A stretch of DNA of 64,000 nucleotides from Octopus vulgaris. Lineage: Eukaryota. The stretch is taken from NCBI GenBank assembly GCA_951406725.2, contig OX597832.1:31496001-31560000 (forward strand), read 5' to 3'. This document shows, piece after piece, positions 25,339 through 38,310 of the stretch (the first letter of the stretch is position 1; every line of letters starts with the position of its first letter). Below the pieces are notes generated by a model. It was not told where the DNA came from and made no database searches. It saw only the letters and a list, made by a program, of their open reading frames with translations. The position numbers were made by a program, and so were the translations under genes.

Positions 25339-25726
25339 GGCGCAGGCGTGGTTGTGTGGTAAGAAGTTTGTTTCCCAGTCACATGGTTCCGGGTTCAGTT
25401 CCACTGCGTGTGCACCTTGGGCAAGTGTCTTTTATTACAACCTCGGGCCGAACAAAGCCTTGCGAGTGAATTTGTTAGACGGAAACTGAAAGAAACCTGT
25501 GATATATTATGTATATATGTGTGTACGTGTATTTGTTTCTGTGTTTGTCTCCACCACCACCACCACCACTTGACAACAGATGTTGGTGCATTTACACCCT
25601 TGTAACTTAGCGGTTCGGCAAAAGAGACCGATAGAAGTTCCAGACTTAAATATAAATACTGGGGTAAGGCGGCGCTCCAGCATGGCCGCAATCTAATGAT
25701 TGGAACAAGTAAAAGAATAAAAGAAT
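25339..25726 (+). mobile_element. SINE family A, full length
   Basis: ggcgcaggcgtggttgtgtggtaag...gggttcagttcc...accttgggcaagt...aagtaaaagaataaaaga. Confidence 0.9.
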
Positions 25727-26339
25727 ATCAGGAACTTCATAATTGTTTCTATCTTAAGACTGTAGTTTGGGCTGAGAGGGAGATTTGACTGTTGTTTCTA
25801 ACGAATCAAGTAGAGATGTTGTTGTTGTTGCTTAGTCCCCAGATTGATTTCGATTGGTCAGATCTATTATCAAAGGTATTCCTACCGTGTCCACCCCGTC
25901 TTGTTCCGATGTACTGAGAATAGAATTGCGCATTAATCTAAAGCAGTTCGCTGGACTTTCTGAATGGCATAACGGACAAAACTTACTTTGAATGCTTTTA
26001 GAAGTGCGGCCCGCCTACTGATGAGCCAAGTTACTCGCGGCCCGCTTGTTGAAAAACGTTGCCTATACCTGATGTAAAAAGTTCTTTTCGAAGGTAAAAA
26101 AAAGTGTGATTTTTAGGTAGATTTGGCTGCTATTTCTAACAAATGCGACCGAATACAGGTTCCTTGAGTGGGTAGATGTAAGTTGATTTAGTGTTTGAAG
26201 AAGTGTGTAACAACAGTCAGGTGCTAAATAGATGGCAACAAAGTGTCAGGTGTGTCACCGGAAGCTCATTGAACAAATTAAACAACTCACTTGTTCACAT
26301 TACAGAAGATGTGTGAATATAACATCTGTTGATAATAAT

Positions 26340-26700
26340 AACAAGAGCATTCAGAGAGCGCAAACCTCAGCCAAGGCAACACCAACGTCCTCTCAACGAC
26401 TAGCCTGATGGTTTTTTAAAATGAGAATATCTGAAATAAACTCGACTGCTCTCAAAAACGAGAATACTAAAAATGAACCTGACCGCTCTCAAAAATTAAG
26501 TAAAAAGATAAAAAGAATCCAGAATCCTTGTCCAGTACCGAATCGATCCTAAAATATAATCAGTTCGTGCCTGTAACGAGGCACGAAAATCCCTCAAAGT
26601 TTCATTCGAATCCATCCAGTCGTTCTTGAGATATCTTGTCCACGGACAAACAAACAACACAACTGAAAGTAATACTTCCGCCTTCGTTAACGCGGAGCTA
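26340..26700 (+). mobile_element. Helentron-associated (HINE/DINE-1-like) non-autonomous element
   Basis: Starts aacaagagcattcagagagcgcaaacctc, has (acaa)n near the end and a terminal stem-loop ttccgc...gcggag; architecture recalled from similar fish and invertebrate elements. Confidence 0.55.
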
Positions 26701-26715
26701 ATAATAATAACAATG

Positions 26716-26768
<53 letters not shown>

Positions 26769-27427
26769 TTATTTCTTTATTGCCCACAGGGGGCTAAACA
26801 CAGAGGGGGCAAACAAGGACAGACAAACGGAAAGTAAATGTGAAATGTAATGGTGAGAAATTGTTATGAAACAAAACCGTGAAATGTAATCGTGAAATTT
26901 AACGATAGAAAGTGACCATGAAATGTAACTGTGAAATGTAACTCCAAAGTAGTAAAACACTTCAAGCCACTCCCGGTTATCATGTTTCACAGCTTTTGTT
27001 TTTCGAATTCCTTATTTAATAAAATGATTAGAAGCCATTTTCAGTGGAGAAAATTGTATTCTTAAAAATGTGTCTCCCTTGTGGGAAAGAAATGTCGTTA
27101 AAACATGATGAGTTCCTCGTGTAGAACGATTAACAGTCAAACATCACGTTTGTGAGATGACACGAGTCGAAGAAAATTATGCGGGACATGTTTTATAGAG
27201 ACGTGTTAACAACATAGTTAAGGAAGTGTCAAAAGCGTTGGCAGAAGCCGAGCTGGAAGTGTTTGAACGATTCTGAAAAGAGAGAATATTATTTACGTCA
27301 GGACGAAATGGTAAAAACAGAAGAATCGTTGATAAAAAAAATAAACTAACCGTAGGAAATTTTAGACCTTTCACGAGAAAATGTCAAGGCTGGAAGATAA
27401 AAATAGGGATGTGTGTGTGTGTGTGTT

Positions 27428-27489
<62 letters not shown>

Positions 27490-27633
27490 CACGCGTGCGT
27501 ATTTGTTTTCCAAGATTCTTGTGTTGAAACAGATATCGTTATATTTCGGGATGGTCATTTTTTGGTGGTGGTGGGCGCAAAAAATAGTGCGCGTGTTTAT
27601 TTAGCAAAACACACAGACAGACAGACAGACACA

Positions 27634-27677
<44 letters not shown>

Positions 27678-28074
27678 CACACACACGTGGTGTGCCCCTG
27701 GTGGCGACTGTTTATAGGGGGAGACAATCTCTTCTAGATTAAGTTCTGTCGGATTTGGAAGTTCGGAATTTCGATCAAAGACTAAAAAAGGCGGCGTAGA
27801 GAGTATCTTTGTTGCTTATGTCTTACTTCTTCCAGTCGTTAACATGCGGCGAAGCTGGGGCACTACCTTCATGGGTTTTAGCCGAGGGAGTCGACCCCAG
27901 CACTTGTGTCTAGTCTTTAATCCTTGGACTTATTTTATCGATTTCTTTTGCTGAACCACATTGTACATTATGAAGTCCTTAAATTTTCAAACCGTTGGTA
28001 GTTATGTATGTATGTATGTATGTATGTATGTATGTATGTATGTATGTATGTATGTATGTATGTATGTATGGTGA

Positions 28075-28313
28075 AGTCACACGGCTCTGTGGTTAGAGCG
28101 TCGAGCTTACGATCTTATGGTTTTGAGTTCTCGGACCGGGCTGCGTGTTGTGTTCTTGACCAAGACACTTTATTTTACGTTGCTCCAGTTCACTCGACTG
28201 TGTATTTCATCCTTTCAGGGTCGAGAAATTAAATACCAGTTGTTTACTGGGGTCGATCTAATCGACTGGTCCCTTCCCCCAAAATTTCGGGCTTGTGCCT
28301 AAAGTAGAAAAGG

Positions 28314-28315
<2 letters not shown>
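28075..28315 (+). mobile_element. SINE with a family C-like head and a family B-like 3' part
   Basis: tgtggttagagcg...ttgaccaagacactttattttacgttgctccagttcactc joined to tttcatcctttcagggtcga...ctggggtcgatctaatcgact. Confidence 0.6.
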
Positions 28316-28357
<42 letters not shown>

Positions 28358-28424
28358 GTGTGTGTGGGTGTGTGTGGGTGTGGGTGTGTGGGTGTGTGTG
28401 TGCGTGTGTGTGTGTATCATATAT

Positions 28425-28586
28425 ATGACGGGCTTCTTCCAGTTTCCGCCTACCAAATCTACTCACATGGTTTTGGTAGGTCTGAGGCTTATAGTAGTAA
28501 ACACTTACCCAAGGTGCCACGCAGTGGGACTGAACCTGGAACCATGTGGTTGCGAAGCAAAGTTCTTACTGCACAGCTACTCCTGC
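28425..28586 (-). mobile_element. SINE family A, 5' part
   Basis: Reverse complement of the family A head. Confidence 0.8.
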
Positions 28587-29716
28587 TGCTAGCATTGTGA
28601 AATCGAATTTCAAATTAGAAGTTGTTACACCGAAGATGGTAGACACGTTATTCTTTGTAAGATATTTCATGTCATCAAAAGGTAAACACAACGTCTGAGA
28701 GGTGCAATTAATTCTATCAAGAAAGGAAAGTGTGAATTACGTCAGCAAAATTGTGTAAAAGATGATGAAAGAGGGAAAAAGAACTCGTGTGAAAACAGAA
28801 CAACAAAAACAGAACAACAAATAAGAAAATTTACGTGTGAAAGTTAAGTCTATAAGGGTGTTGAGAGTTGATATTAAATACCTCATGTCACCTCGTGTTC
28901 AACCCTGGAAATATCTACCCGAAAAAAAAAAAAAAAAAAAGAACACACACACACACACAAAAGCAAACGAAAGGAAAAAAATTGATAACAAAATACAAAA
29001 GAAAATATTTTTTCAAAAAAATTTCGTCGAAGATGTAAAACCGGAAGATATTGAAAGTGACAGGAAGTATGAAAATAGTGATGATGTATATCGGCAAATA
29101 GTAAATAGAGAACTATTGGGAGAAATATTAATAGTTTATAGGTGAACACCAAGGTCAAAGGTTGGCTTTGAGTGAGGTCGCTTCGGAGCAAAAGGAAAGG
29201 TGTTACAACTTGGTATTTACACCTGTTTTCCGATGTCAGACTTTGAAAATGTGTGGGCTATTTTTCCATACATACATACATACATACATACACACATACA
29301 TACGTACATACACACATACACACACACACATACATACATACATACATACACACACATACATACATACATGCATACATACACGCATACATACATACATTCA
29401 TAAATACATACACATATACATACATACATACATACATACATACACACACATACATACATACACACATACATACACATATACATACATACATACACACACA
29501 TACATACATACATACATACACACACATACATACATACATACATACATACATACATACATACATACACACATACACATATACACATACATACATTCATACG
29601 GTTCTATTCTTCTCTACACGAGCCTTTGAGTCTGAGATATAAAGGTTTTATTATAGTTTCCGCATTGTTAGAAGCTGTCTATTTTCTCTCTTTTTACATT
29701 CTTCGATATATTTATA

Positions 29717-30041
29717 CGAGAGTTAAGGAATGGTGCCGATAAGATCCGGTCTGCATATGTTACATAGCGAGTGGAACCTCTGAAGTATAAATATCCAAGG
29801 CAGGTGTGTACCGCAGACCACTCTTTAGGCCAAGGCCATCTTGGTTAAATGAAAGTTTACATTGTCGCAAAGAGGTAAAGATTGAATCTTCCTCGTATTC
29901 ACAAGTACCTCCTTTGCGACAATGTAGTCTGACAAGTAACCTGCAGTATACACCTCGCTCGGATATTTACCACTTCCGAGGTTCCGCTCGCTGTGAAACA
30001 TATGTAAACCGGATCTTATCCTCTCCATTCCTTAACTCTTG
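29717..30041. mobile_element. Palindromic MITE, Tc1/mariner-type, TA target duplication
   Basis: ta|cgagagttaaggaatgg ... ccattccttaactcttg|ta; arms pair over about 100 bp, plus an inner stem tacattgtcgcaaagaggta / tacctcctttgcgacaatgta. Confidence 0.8.
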
Positions 30042-30237
30042 TATTCTTATCCGCACTTCCGGCAACCCTGGTCGCCTACCATGAAATATAAAAAGAACTT
30101 TTTCTGATATCAAAAAAATCCATAACCTTCCGTCTCAATAAACCACTATTGTCCTTGAAAGTCATTTTTTCTATTTACTACGGATTGCTTGAAGCTAACT
30201 TGCTTCCTACACCTCGATCCCTGGATCTTATATAATA

Positions 30238-30400
30238 GGCGCAGGAGTGGCTGTGTAATAAGTAGCTTGCTTACCTACCACATGGTTCTGGGTTCAGTCC
30301 CACTGCGTAGCACCTTGGGCAAGTGTCTTCTACTATAGCTTTGAGCCGACCAAAGCCATGTGAGTGGATTTGGTAAACGGAAACTGAAAGAAGCCTGTCG
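30238..30400 (+). mobile_element. SINE family A, 5' part
   Basis: ggcgcaggagtggctgtg...accttgggcaagt...gaaagaagcctgtcg. Confidence 0.85.
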
Positions 30401-30510
30401 TGTATATATATATATATATAGTGCAAACTATCTTATCAGTATATTATCTTCATCGCATAATAACTGGAGTTGAGAAACTGCTGGTTACAAGCCTATAATA
30501 ATAATAATAA

Positions 30511-30576
<66 letters not shown>

Positions 30577-32440
30577 TAGTGGTAGTAGTAGTAGTAGTAG
30601 TAGTAGTAGTAATAATGATGATGATGATGATAATAATAATAATAATACTCAGGCAGAATATAATATTGAGGAAACAGTAGACTTTATGGAAAATATCTGT
30701 TAGAAGTGAGAAATTCTGAAGAGGATGTCTCTCAGACAACAAATAATAACCAGAGAATCAGATAAAATCCTTCAGCATACATTTTATCAGCAGAGTATAT
30801 ACATCGCTAAACATTCTTAAAAGGTTTTATTCGAAAAACAAATTCGTCACATTTTATTAACGCATTTCAAAGGCTCCAAAAAAAATTTTTTTAAAAGTCA
30901 ATATCAAATTTACACAATAATTTATATTGAAAAATAAGAAAATAAGAAATTTTAAGTATGGAATCACAAAAAAGGTTTACAAATGGAAGAAAAAAAAATC
31001 CATCTTAAAATGACAAATTATGTGAAGCGGCTCTTATATAATCCATTATTTTGTGATTTTTATATTCATTGAGGATGATATATATAATTCTCCTTGCACT
31101 GTCTAAATATTTCTTTATGGGATGTGGAATTTCTCTACTTGCCATATTTTATTGTGTTCTTTCTGCATTTCGCCTGCGTTTTTATTTATTCGAAATTTCA
31201 GAAAACAGTTTCCAAAATGCAGGAATTGCTTGCATTGGAATTTCTTCGTTTTCGTAGTTAAATAAAACGAGGTGTATTTCAACTTGGAATAAATGCACAC
31301 TTAAAATATTATTTAGCGATGTACTTACTCGGTAGGTAAAAAAATATTGATGGATTCACTGAGACGATGTATTTGGCGTTACGAGGAATATGTCGTTGAT
31401 GTATATAGCACGAAAATAAATTTACTAGCGTTGCATTGGCCGAAGATGTAATTAATTAAAAAGGTAATGTAATTATGGTGATGAAATTTCTAGAGAATTC
31501 ATAGCAAACCGGTCGAATGTATCTCAGTTTTTAAGAAGAGAATGACGACGCCGGGAAGCCTTTTGTTTGTTTCTTGACGAATTCCTTGGCAGATGCTGAA
31601 AGGATTACTGCAGTCTCCACTTTACTTCTTTCTCCACCTCTGAATTTATCTCTGGAATTTTTAGACTCTTCTCTGTATCTCTCCACTCCTTTATTTCTCT
31701 CTTTCTTTCGACTCCTGTCGATATGACTTCACTGCCTTTTCATCTTCGACATTTGCCGCCGCACTTCTAGACCCTTTTCATCATTGTAATGTACTTTCTT
31801 TTAAATATGTGTTCGTAATATTACAACAGTTTCTCAAATTTTTAATTGACATTTTGTGACTCTGTCTTTCTTCCGACATTGATTTCTCACCAGTTTTATT
31901 GTTTTGTTAAATATTTTTCTCGCTGTTTATATAGCTTTCTTTGTACTTTGTACCTCTTATATATAACACCCCGCTAAATGTACAGTTATCTCCCTTGGTT
32001 TTCCTACATTCCCTTTCACCCCCACCACGCATTCATGTCCCCAATTCACCAGCCTTCTACACCCTCACTACTCCATATCACTATCCGTCAACATTTGCGA
32101 ACCTCCACTCCCCTTAAGCCCATCCCTATAAACAGATCCCCTCCATACATGCACACACCACCCCCGCTTCTTTCTCTCTAATTCTTACTTACAGAATTGC
32201 ATTCTCACCTGGAACCTAAAACCTTTTGCTTTCTTTCCTCCCTAGTTTCCTCTTCCTCTTCCTCCTCCTCCTCCAATTTCCTATCCTTCCTTTTCTTTTC
32301 TTAACTTGTGCGATGAAGGTCTAGCATTCGAAACGTCAAAGACTGTTTCCTTTCCTTTCATCCATCACACTAATAACAACCATGTTAAAATATGTCCGTC
32401 TTGTTCTTGTCTTTTGCCTATACACACACACACACACACA

Positions 32441-32564
32441 TACGACGGGCTTCTTTCAGTTTCCGTCTACCAAATCCACTCACAAGACATTGATCGGCCC
32501 GAGGCTATAGTAGAAGACACTTGCCCAAGGGAGCCATGCATTGGGATTGAACCCGGAACCATGT
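32441..32564 (-). mobile_element. SINE family A fragment
   Basis: cgacgggcttctttcagtttccgtctaccaaatccactcacaag. Confidence 0.8.
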
Positions 32565-32567
32565 GAT

Positions 32568-32598
<31 letters not shown>

Positions 32599-33732
32599 CA
32601 TATATATACATATACTTATATTTATCAGGTCGTTGTGCTGTGTTCCGGATTGACGTAAAATCACACAACCTCGAGTGTCTTCGCAATCATTTAATCATCA
32701 CAATCATCAACATCATTTGCATGAACAACAACAGCAACAACAACCTCAACAACAACAACAACCACAACAACAGCAACCACAATAACAACAACTACTACTA
32801 CTACTACTACTACTACTATTACTACTACTACTACTACTATCTGCTTTAAAATCAACAAGGTGTTTGTATATGATCACTAGGCCTGCTAGAAATAGCAGTT
32901 AAACTTTTTATCACATTCGAATGTCTTACCAAAGCGACATATTTCTTAATGTTGCTCAGGAAGCACTACTTCAGGATGGTCACTAATGGAGCGCCGTTTG
33001 CTATTAATGTTGTTGTTGCTTGTTCTAAGGCAAAACACGAACCGATACAAAAGGAGCCGTTACATAATTGCGGAACCTGCTAGAAACAGTAGCCAAATGA
33101 CTCATATAACGGCCTACTTTTTCATTAAAGAGGGAAGTCCTTCAATGAACTGTACTTGAACGAAAGAAAAACACATGATAGTCGTGGACGGAATACATTT
33201 GATCATAGATAGATCTGCTCGAAATGGAATCACTTGGGGTTAAATGACAACAACAACATCCATAAAAATATAAAAAACACAACTATATAACAAAAAATAG
33301 AAACATGAGCAATTGTTAAAAAATAGAACAAAAAACGACAAAATCCTAACACCACCACCACCACCACCACCACCACCACCACCACCACCACCACCACCAC
33401 CACCACCACCACCAACACCACCACATCCACTACCGCAACCATCACTGTCACCACTACCACTACCACCGTTCCCACCACCACTATCACCTCATATTTATTT
33501 GTTGACGCCATATTGATTCTGTTATCGGGTTGACATATAAGGGTGGAGGTGGTGGTGGGGGAGACGGTGAATGGAGGTTAAATAAGTACGTTTGCACCTC
33601 TTCACCCCACCCCCCTTATCTCCTATGTTATACCCAGCATTCTACAGAATATTGAAATGGCACCAGCACACTCCGCCTGTGTGTCAATATTTGATGGAGG
33701 ACACACACACACACATATGTATATACGTATAT

Positions 33733-33778
<46 letters not shown>

Positions 33779-33780
33779 GT

Positions 33781-33811
<31 letters not shown>

Positions 33812-33819
33812 CATACATA

Positions 33820-33872
<53 letters not shown>

Positions 33873-34351
33873 TAAATGCTTGGGCATATAAACTCATATA
33901 TGATACACGTAAATATAAACTCATCTACATACACATGCATTCCGTTTCACGGACGTAGACACACACAACACACCAGCCACGCATACACACATCCATGTGA
34001 AGCGGAAATTAGACGACATACATAAATACGCACATACATACATTCATGTATGTATAAACCCATACATGTGTGCTCGTGTATACATATGCATGAATATAAA
34101 TGTGTGTGTGTGTGTGTCTTTCTCTCTCTCTCTTTCTGTATATACATATATATATACATATATATATATATGCATGTATATATGTATATACACATATATA
34201 TATATATATATATGCAGAGAGGGAGAGCGGGGAGTTGTACCATGATGGAAGTGGAGAGATAAGACTGAAACAAAAGTGTTGTTGTCTGAAAAAAATAGCA
34301 TCAAAGGAGTTGGGCCGATGGGGAGTGGGGAGAGGAGAGATTGGTATAAGA

Positions 34352-34379
34352 ATCATCATCATCATCATCAGCATCATCG

Positions 34380-34416
<37 letters not shown>

Positions 34417-34417
34417 T

Positions 34418-34500
<83 letters not shown>

Positions 34501-34630
34501 CATCGTCATCATCATCATCATCATCATTATCATCATCATCACCACCATCATCATCATCATCATCCTCATCATCATCATTATCATCATCATCATGTTCATC
34601 ATTATCATCATCATCATCATCATCATCCTC

Positions 34631-34707
<77 letters not shown>

Positions 34708-35410
34708 CCTCATCATCATCATTATCATCATCATCGTCATCATCATCATCATCATCATCATCATAGTCGTTGTCGTCGTCATCTTCATCATTATCATGAT
34801 GATCATCATTACAGTGGACGATGATGATGATGAGGTGGATGAGGTAGAGGAGAAGGGGGAAGAGGTGAATGGTAGTGATGGTGATGGTGATGATGAGGAT
34901 GATGATGAAAATGCCTTCCTCCTCATCAACAGAACCACCATTACGACTATCATCATCATGACCACTATCATTATCACTACATCCTCCATCTTTCTTCTTC
35001 CCTCTCCCTCTTCCTCCTCCGCTTCATCATCATCATCATCGACATTAACATCTTTGACATTGTCAACAACCTCCTCACCAGTACCACTATTTTCAACATC
35101 ACCACCACCACCACCACCACCATCATCAGCATCATCACCAACATAACCGTCACAACCAGTATCATCATCATCATCATTGACATCGTCATCATCATCATCC
35201 CCACCACCACCACCACAAACCCCCACAACCATCATCATCATCAACACTATCACCATTATCATCATCATCATCCCCACCACCACCACCACCACAAACCCCC
35301 ACAACCACGATCATCATCATCATCATCATCGTTATCCTCATCATCATCCCCATCACCACCATCACCACCACCACCACCACCACCACCCTTCACCACCACC
35401 ATCGTCATCA
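34352..35410. repeat. (ATC)n microsatellite grading into a (CAC)n/(CAT)n low-complexity tract
   Basis: About 400 bp of near-pure ATC, followed by mixed trinucleotide decay. Confidence 0.95.
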
Positions 35411-35769
35411 TCATTACTGATAATTTTTCTCAGCCTTCCTTTTCTCGCCTCCCCTTCTCTCCTCCTCCTCCGCATCCCGCTCTTCCTCCTCGTTGTCCTC
35501 ATCAATATTCTGCGGTAGGTGAGTCGAGTGAAAAAGATCAAAGATATCTATTGATAAAAAACTAAATACTCAATAGAATAGACAATAGCTTATCGAATTT
35601 TGAAAATATGATAGTGGAATATGCAAAGATAAATAGAATGGATCTCCGTCGGTTCAACTAACACTTTTCAGCTGCCTCCATCAACTTAACAGTCATATAT
35701 ATAATGTAACCACGTGTGTATCGTTGGCGATTTTCTTCCTCCGTCTTCCCTTCCTTTGGACTTTTCTCT

Positions 35770-35804
35770 ATTTCTGAAGATGAGCTTTTCTCGAAACGTT
35801 AAAT
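35770..35804 (+). ncRNA. Minimal type I hammerhead-like motif in a short dispersed repeat (about 35710-35905)
   Basis: attt CTGAAGA t gag ctttt ctc GAAA cgtt aaat: core, 3-bp stem II, palindromic ACGT stem III, 4-bp stem I. A decayed related copy lies at about 60430-60600. Confidence 0.55.
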
Positions 35805-36239
35805 CATATTTCATTCCTTCCCTATGCGTCTGATAATACAGCACTTGTACCACGTCCTCGTGTTTTGATTTTATCTTGCTTGTTGTGGTTTGTTTGGATT
35901 CACTATAATATATATATATATATATAAATATATGATTGACCGCTAGCTATTAAAGATTCTTTTTTTATTCTCTCTGTTTATTTTCTCGTGTTCCTTTCTC
36001 CTGAAGAGTGTAGGCTTGAAACGTCAATGACTTTCTCACTTTCCCGCAGCAAATAAACTTGTTTATTCACGTTAACAACATCGTTTCACAGGAAGAAGAG
36101 AATGAAAGACATTAAAAGTGTAAAAGCTGAAACTATCGAGAAAATCCTCCATTAACATTGCACCAAGGAAAGAACAAAGAAAGAAAAAGAGGTGGGTGGG
36201 TGGGTAATTAAGCATCAGAAAATGGGGGAGGGAGTATGT

Positions 36240-36545
36240 TTCTATTTTACGCATAAGGCCAGCAATTTTGCAGTGAGGTGTCTGGTTGATATCACCGTCC
36301 CCAGCACATGACTGGTACTTTATTATATCAACCCCTGGAAAGGCAGAGTTGACTTCGGCGGGATTGAACTCAGAACGCAAAAGAGCTGCAATAATGGTTT
36401 CCGATTCAGGCACAAGGGAAGCAGTTTTCAAGAGAAGGGCTTTGTCGGTCGTATCGATACCGTGATTTGGACTGTTACGCTATTTTATCGATCCTGAAAT
36501 GAGGATCGTTAATAGTTGACCGCAACGGGATTCCTACGCAGAATA
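36240..36545 (-). mobile_element. SINE family B, two decayed copies
   Basis: ctggtactttattatatcaacccctggaaaggcagagttgacttcggcgggattgaactcagaacg. Confidence 0.65.
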
Positions 36546-36593
36546 TAAACAGTCCGAACGAATAAAATAAATTATTTTCCTGACGCTCTACCG

Positions 36594-36707
<114 letters not shown>

Positions 36708-37329
36708 CATATATATATATATATGTATGTATATGTATATATATATATATATACATACATACATACATGCATACATACATACATACATACATATATATTT
36801 ATGGTTATCAGTGTAATCCCTTTGTTTCTTCAGTGACTTAATATTAAAAACAACTCTGTAGGTTATCGTAGGATATCATATTAAAGGAAGATAAATCTGA
36901 ACAATGTAAACGATCGGCTGAGCGTCCGAAAAGAGAGATGATTTAATATAGGATATCCACAGGATATCATATAATATAAATATCGATCAAAACTGTCAAA
37001 GCTGTCTTCACTCAGTCTCAATTGCTATCGAATAAATTTGCCATAAATAAATAGATCCCACCGTTGCAACGACAAGCGTCCATTAGTACGATCTAATATA
37101 TCGTATCTGAGGGATATCATTTCATATTAAGGCATACAACAATTATATTTCCTCATATCTCAGTGTTTTAAGATATGTCAAAAGTCACCTCATCCACACA
37201 ACGCCGATCCGATGCTTCCGATCCACGACGTGTGTAACAGCAGGAAATACCGAGGCGACGCCTGCTCGGGCAGTGACGGTGTTCGACTCACAAATCCTAA
37301 ATTCGCGTGTTCAATTCTTGTGTCCGGCA

Positions 37330-37609
37330 ACGTTCTTAGTTGTTAGGGCCGTAAGACCGTGAGTTCGATTCCCGGTGGCAAGACACTTGATTTCGCGTTG
37401 CTCCAGTTCATTCAGTTGCCAAAAATGATTAGTACCTGTAATTCGCAAAGGGCCAGTCTTGTCACATTCTGTGTCATGCTAACTCTTGTTGAGAACTACG
37501 TTAAGGATATGCTTGTCTGTGGAGTACTCAGCCGCTTGCAGGTTGATTTCACGAGCAGGCTGTTCCGTTCATCGGATCAACTGAAACCCTTGTCGTCGTA
37601 AGAGGCGGA
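37330..37609 (+). mobile_element. SINE family C
   Basis: gagttcgattcc B box; body is the reverse complement of 55303-55611. Confidence 0.8.
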
Positions 37610-38034
37610 GAGATAATAATATACATACATACATACATATATACATACATGCTTACATACATACACACATACATACACACATACATACATACATAAATAC
37701 ATACATACATACAAACATACATACATATATACACATACATACATACATATACATGCATACATACACACATACATGCATACATACATACGTACGTACGTAC
37801 ATACATACATACATATACATACATACATACATACATACATACATACATACATACATACATACATACATACATACATACATACATACATACATACAGATTT
37901 TGATTCCCAGCCTCACAGTTTCGGGTTTCGTTCTACTGCATTTGGATTGGAGAAGTCAATTAGATCGAGTCCTCTTCATCACTGAATTTGGTCGACCGTG
38001 AAAGTTGTGGAAGACGAAGCTGTCCTCAGTGGTG

Positions 38035-38310
38035 TTTGAACTCAAACCGTAAAGATGGACGACATGCCGCGAACCCTGCCCGCTCGCCGCCTAACGTAGT
38101 TTAAATAATGATTTTAAAATATTGGCACAGGGCCAGCAATTTTTTGAGGGGAGCGGATATCGATTACATCGAGTTTAGTATATGAGTGGTACTTTGTTTG
38201 ATGAAAAGCAACATTGATCGCAGCAGAATTTGAACTCAAAACCTAATGACGGACGAAATGCCGCTAAGCATTTTGTCCGGCGTGCTAACGATTTTGCTAG
38301 CTTGCTGCCT
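38035..38310 (-). mobile_element. SINE family B copies
   Basis: atttgaactc...gacggacgaaatgccgctaagcattttgtccggcgtgctaacgatt. Confidence 0.75.

Noticed and set aside
27690-27710. CTCF-like motif (ccaccaggggcac on the minus strand), with weaker ones near 18447 and 41215
   Set aside because: Each deviates from the core spacing or lacks the 5' CC; isolated matches are not distinguishable from chance.
34009-35304. 431-aa poly-Met ORF and overlapping poly-His and poly-Ile ORFs
   Set aside because: Translations of (ATC)n, open only because the repeat lacks stops in those frames.
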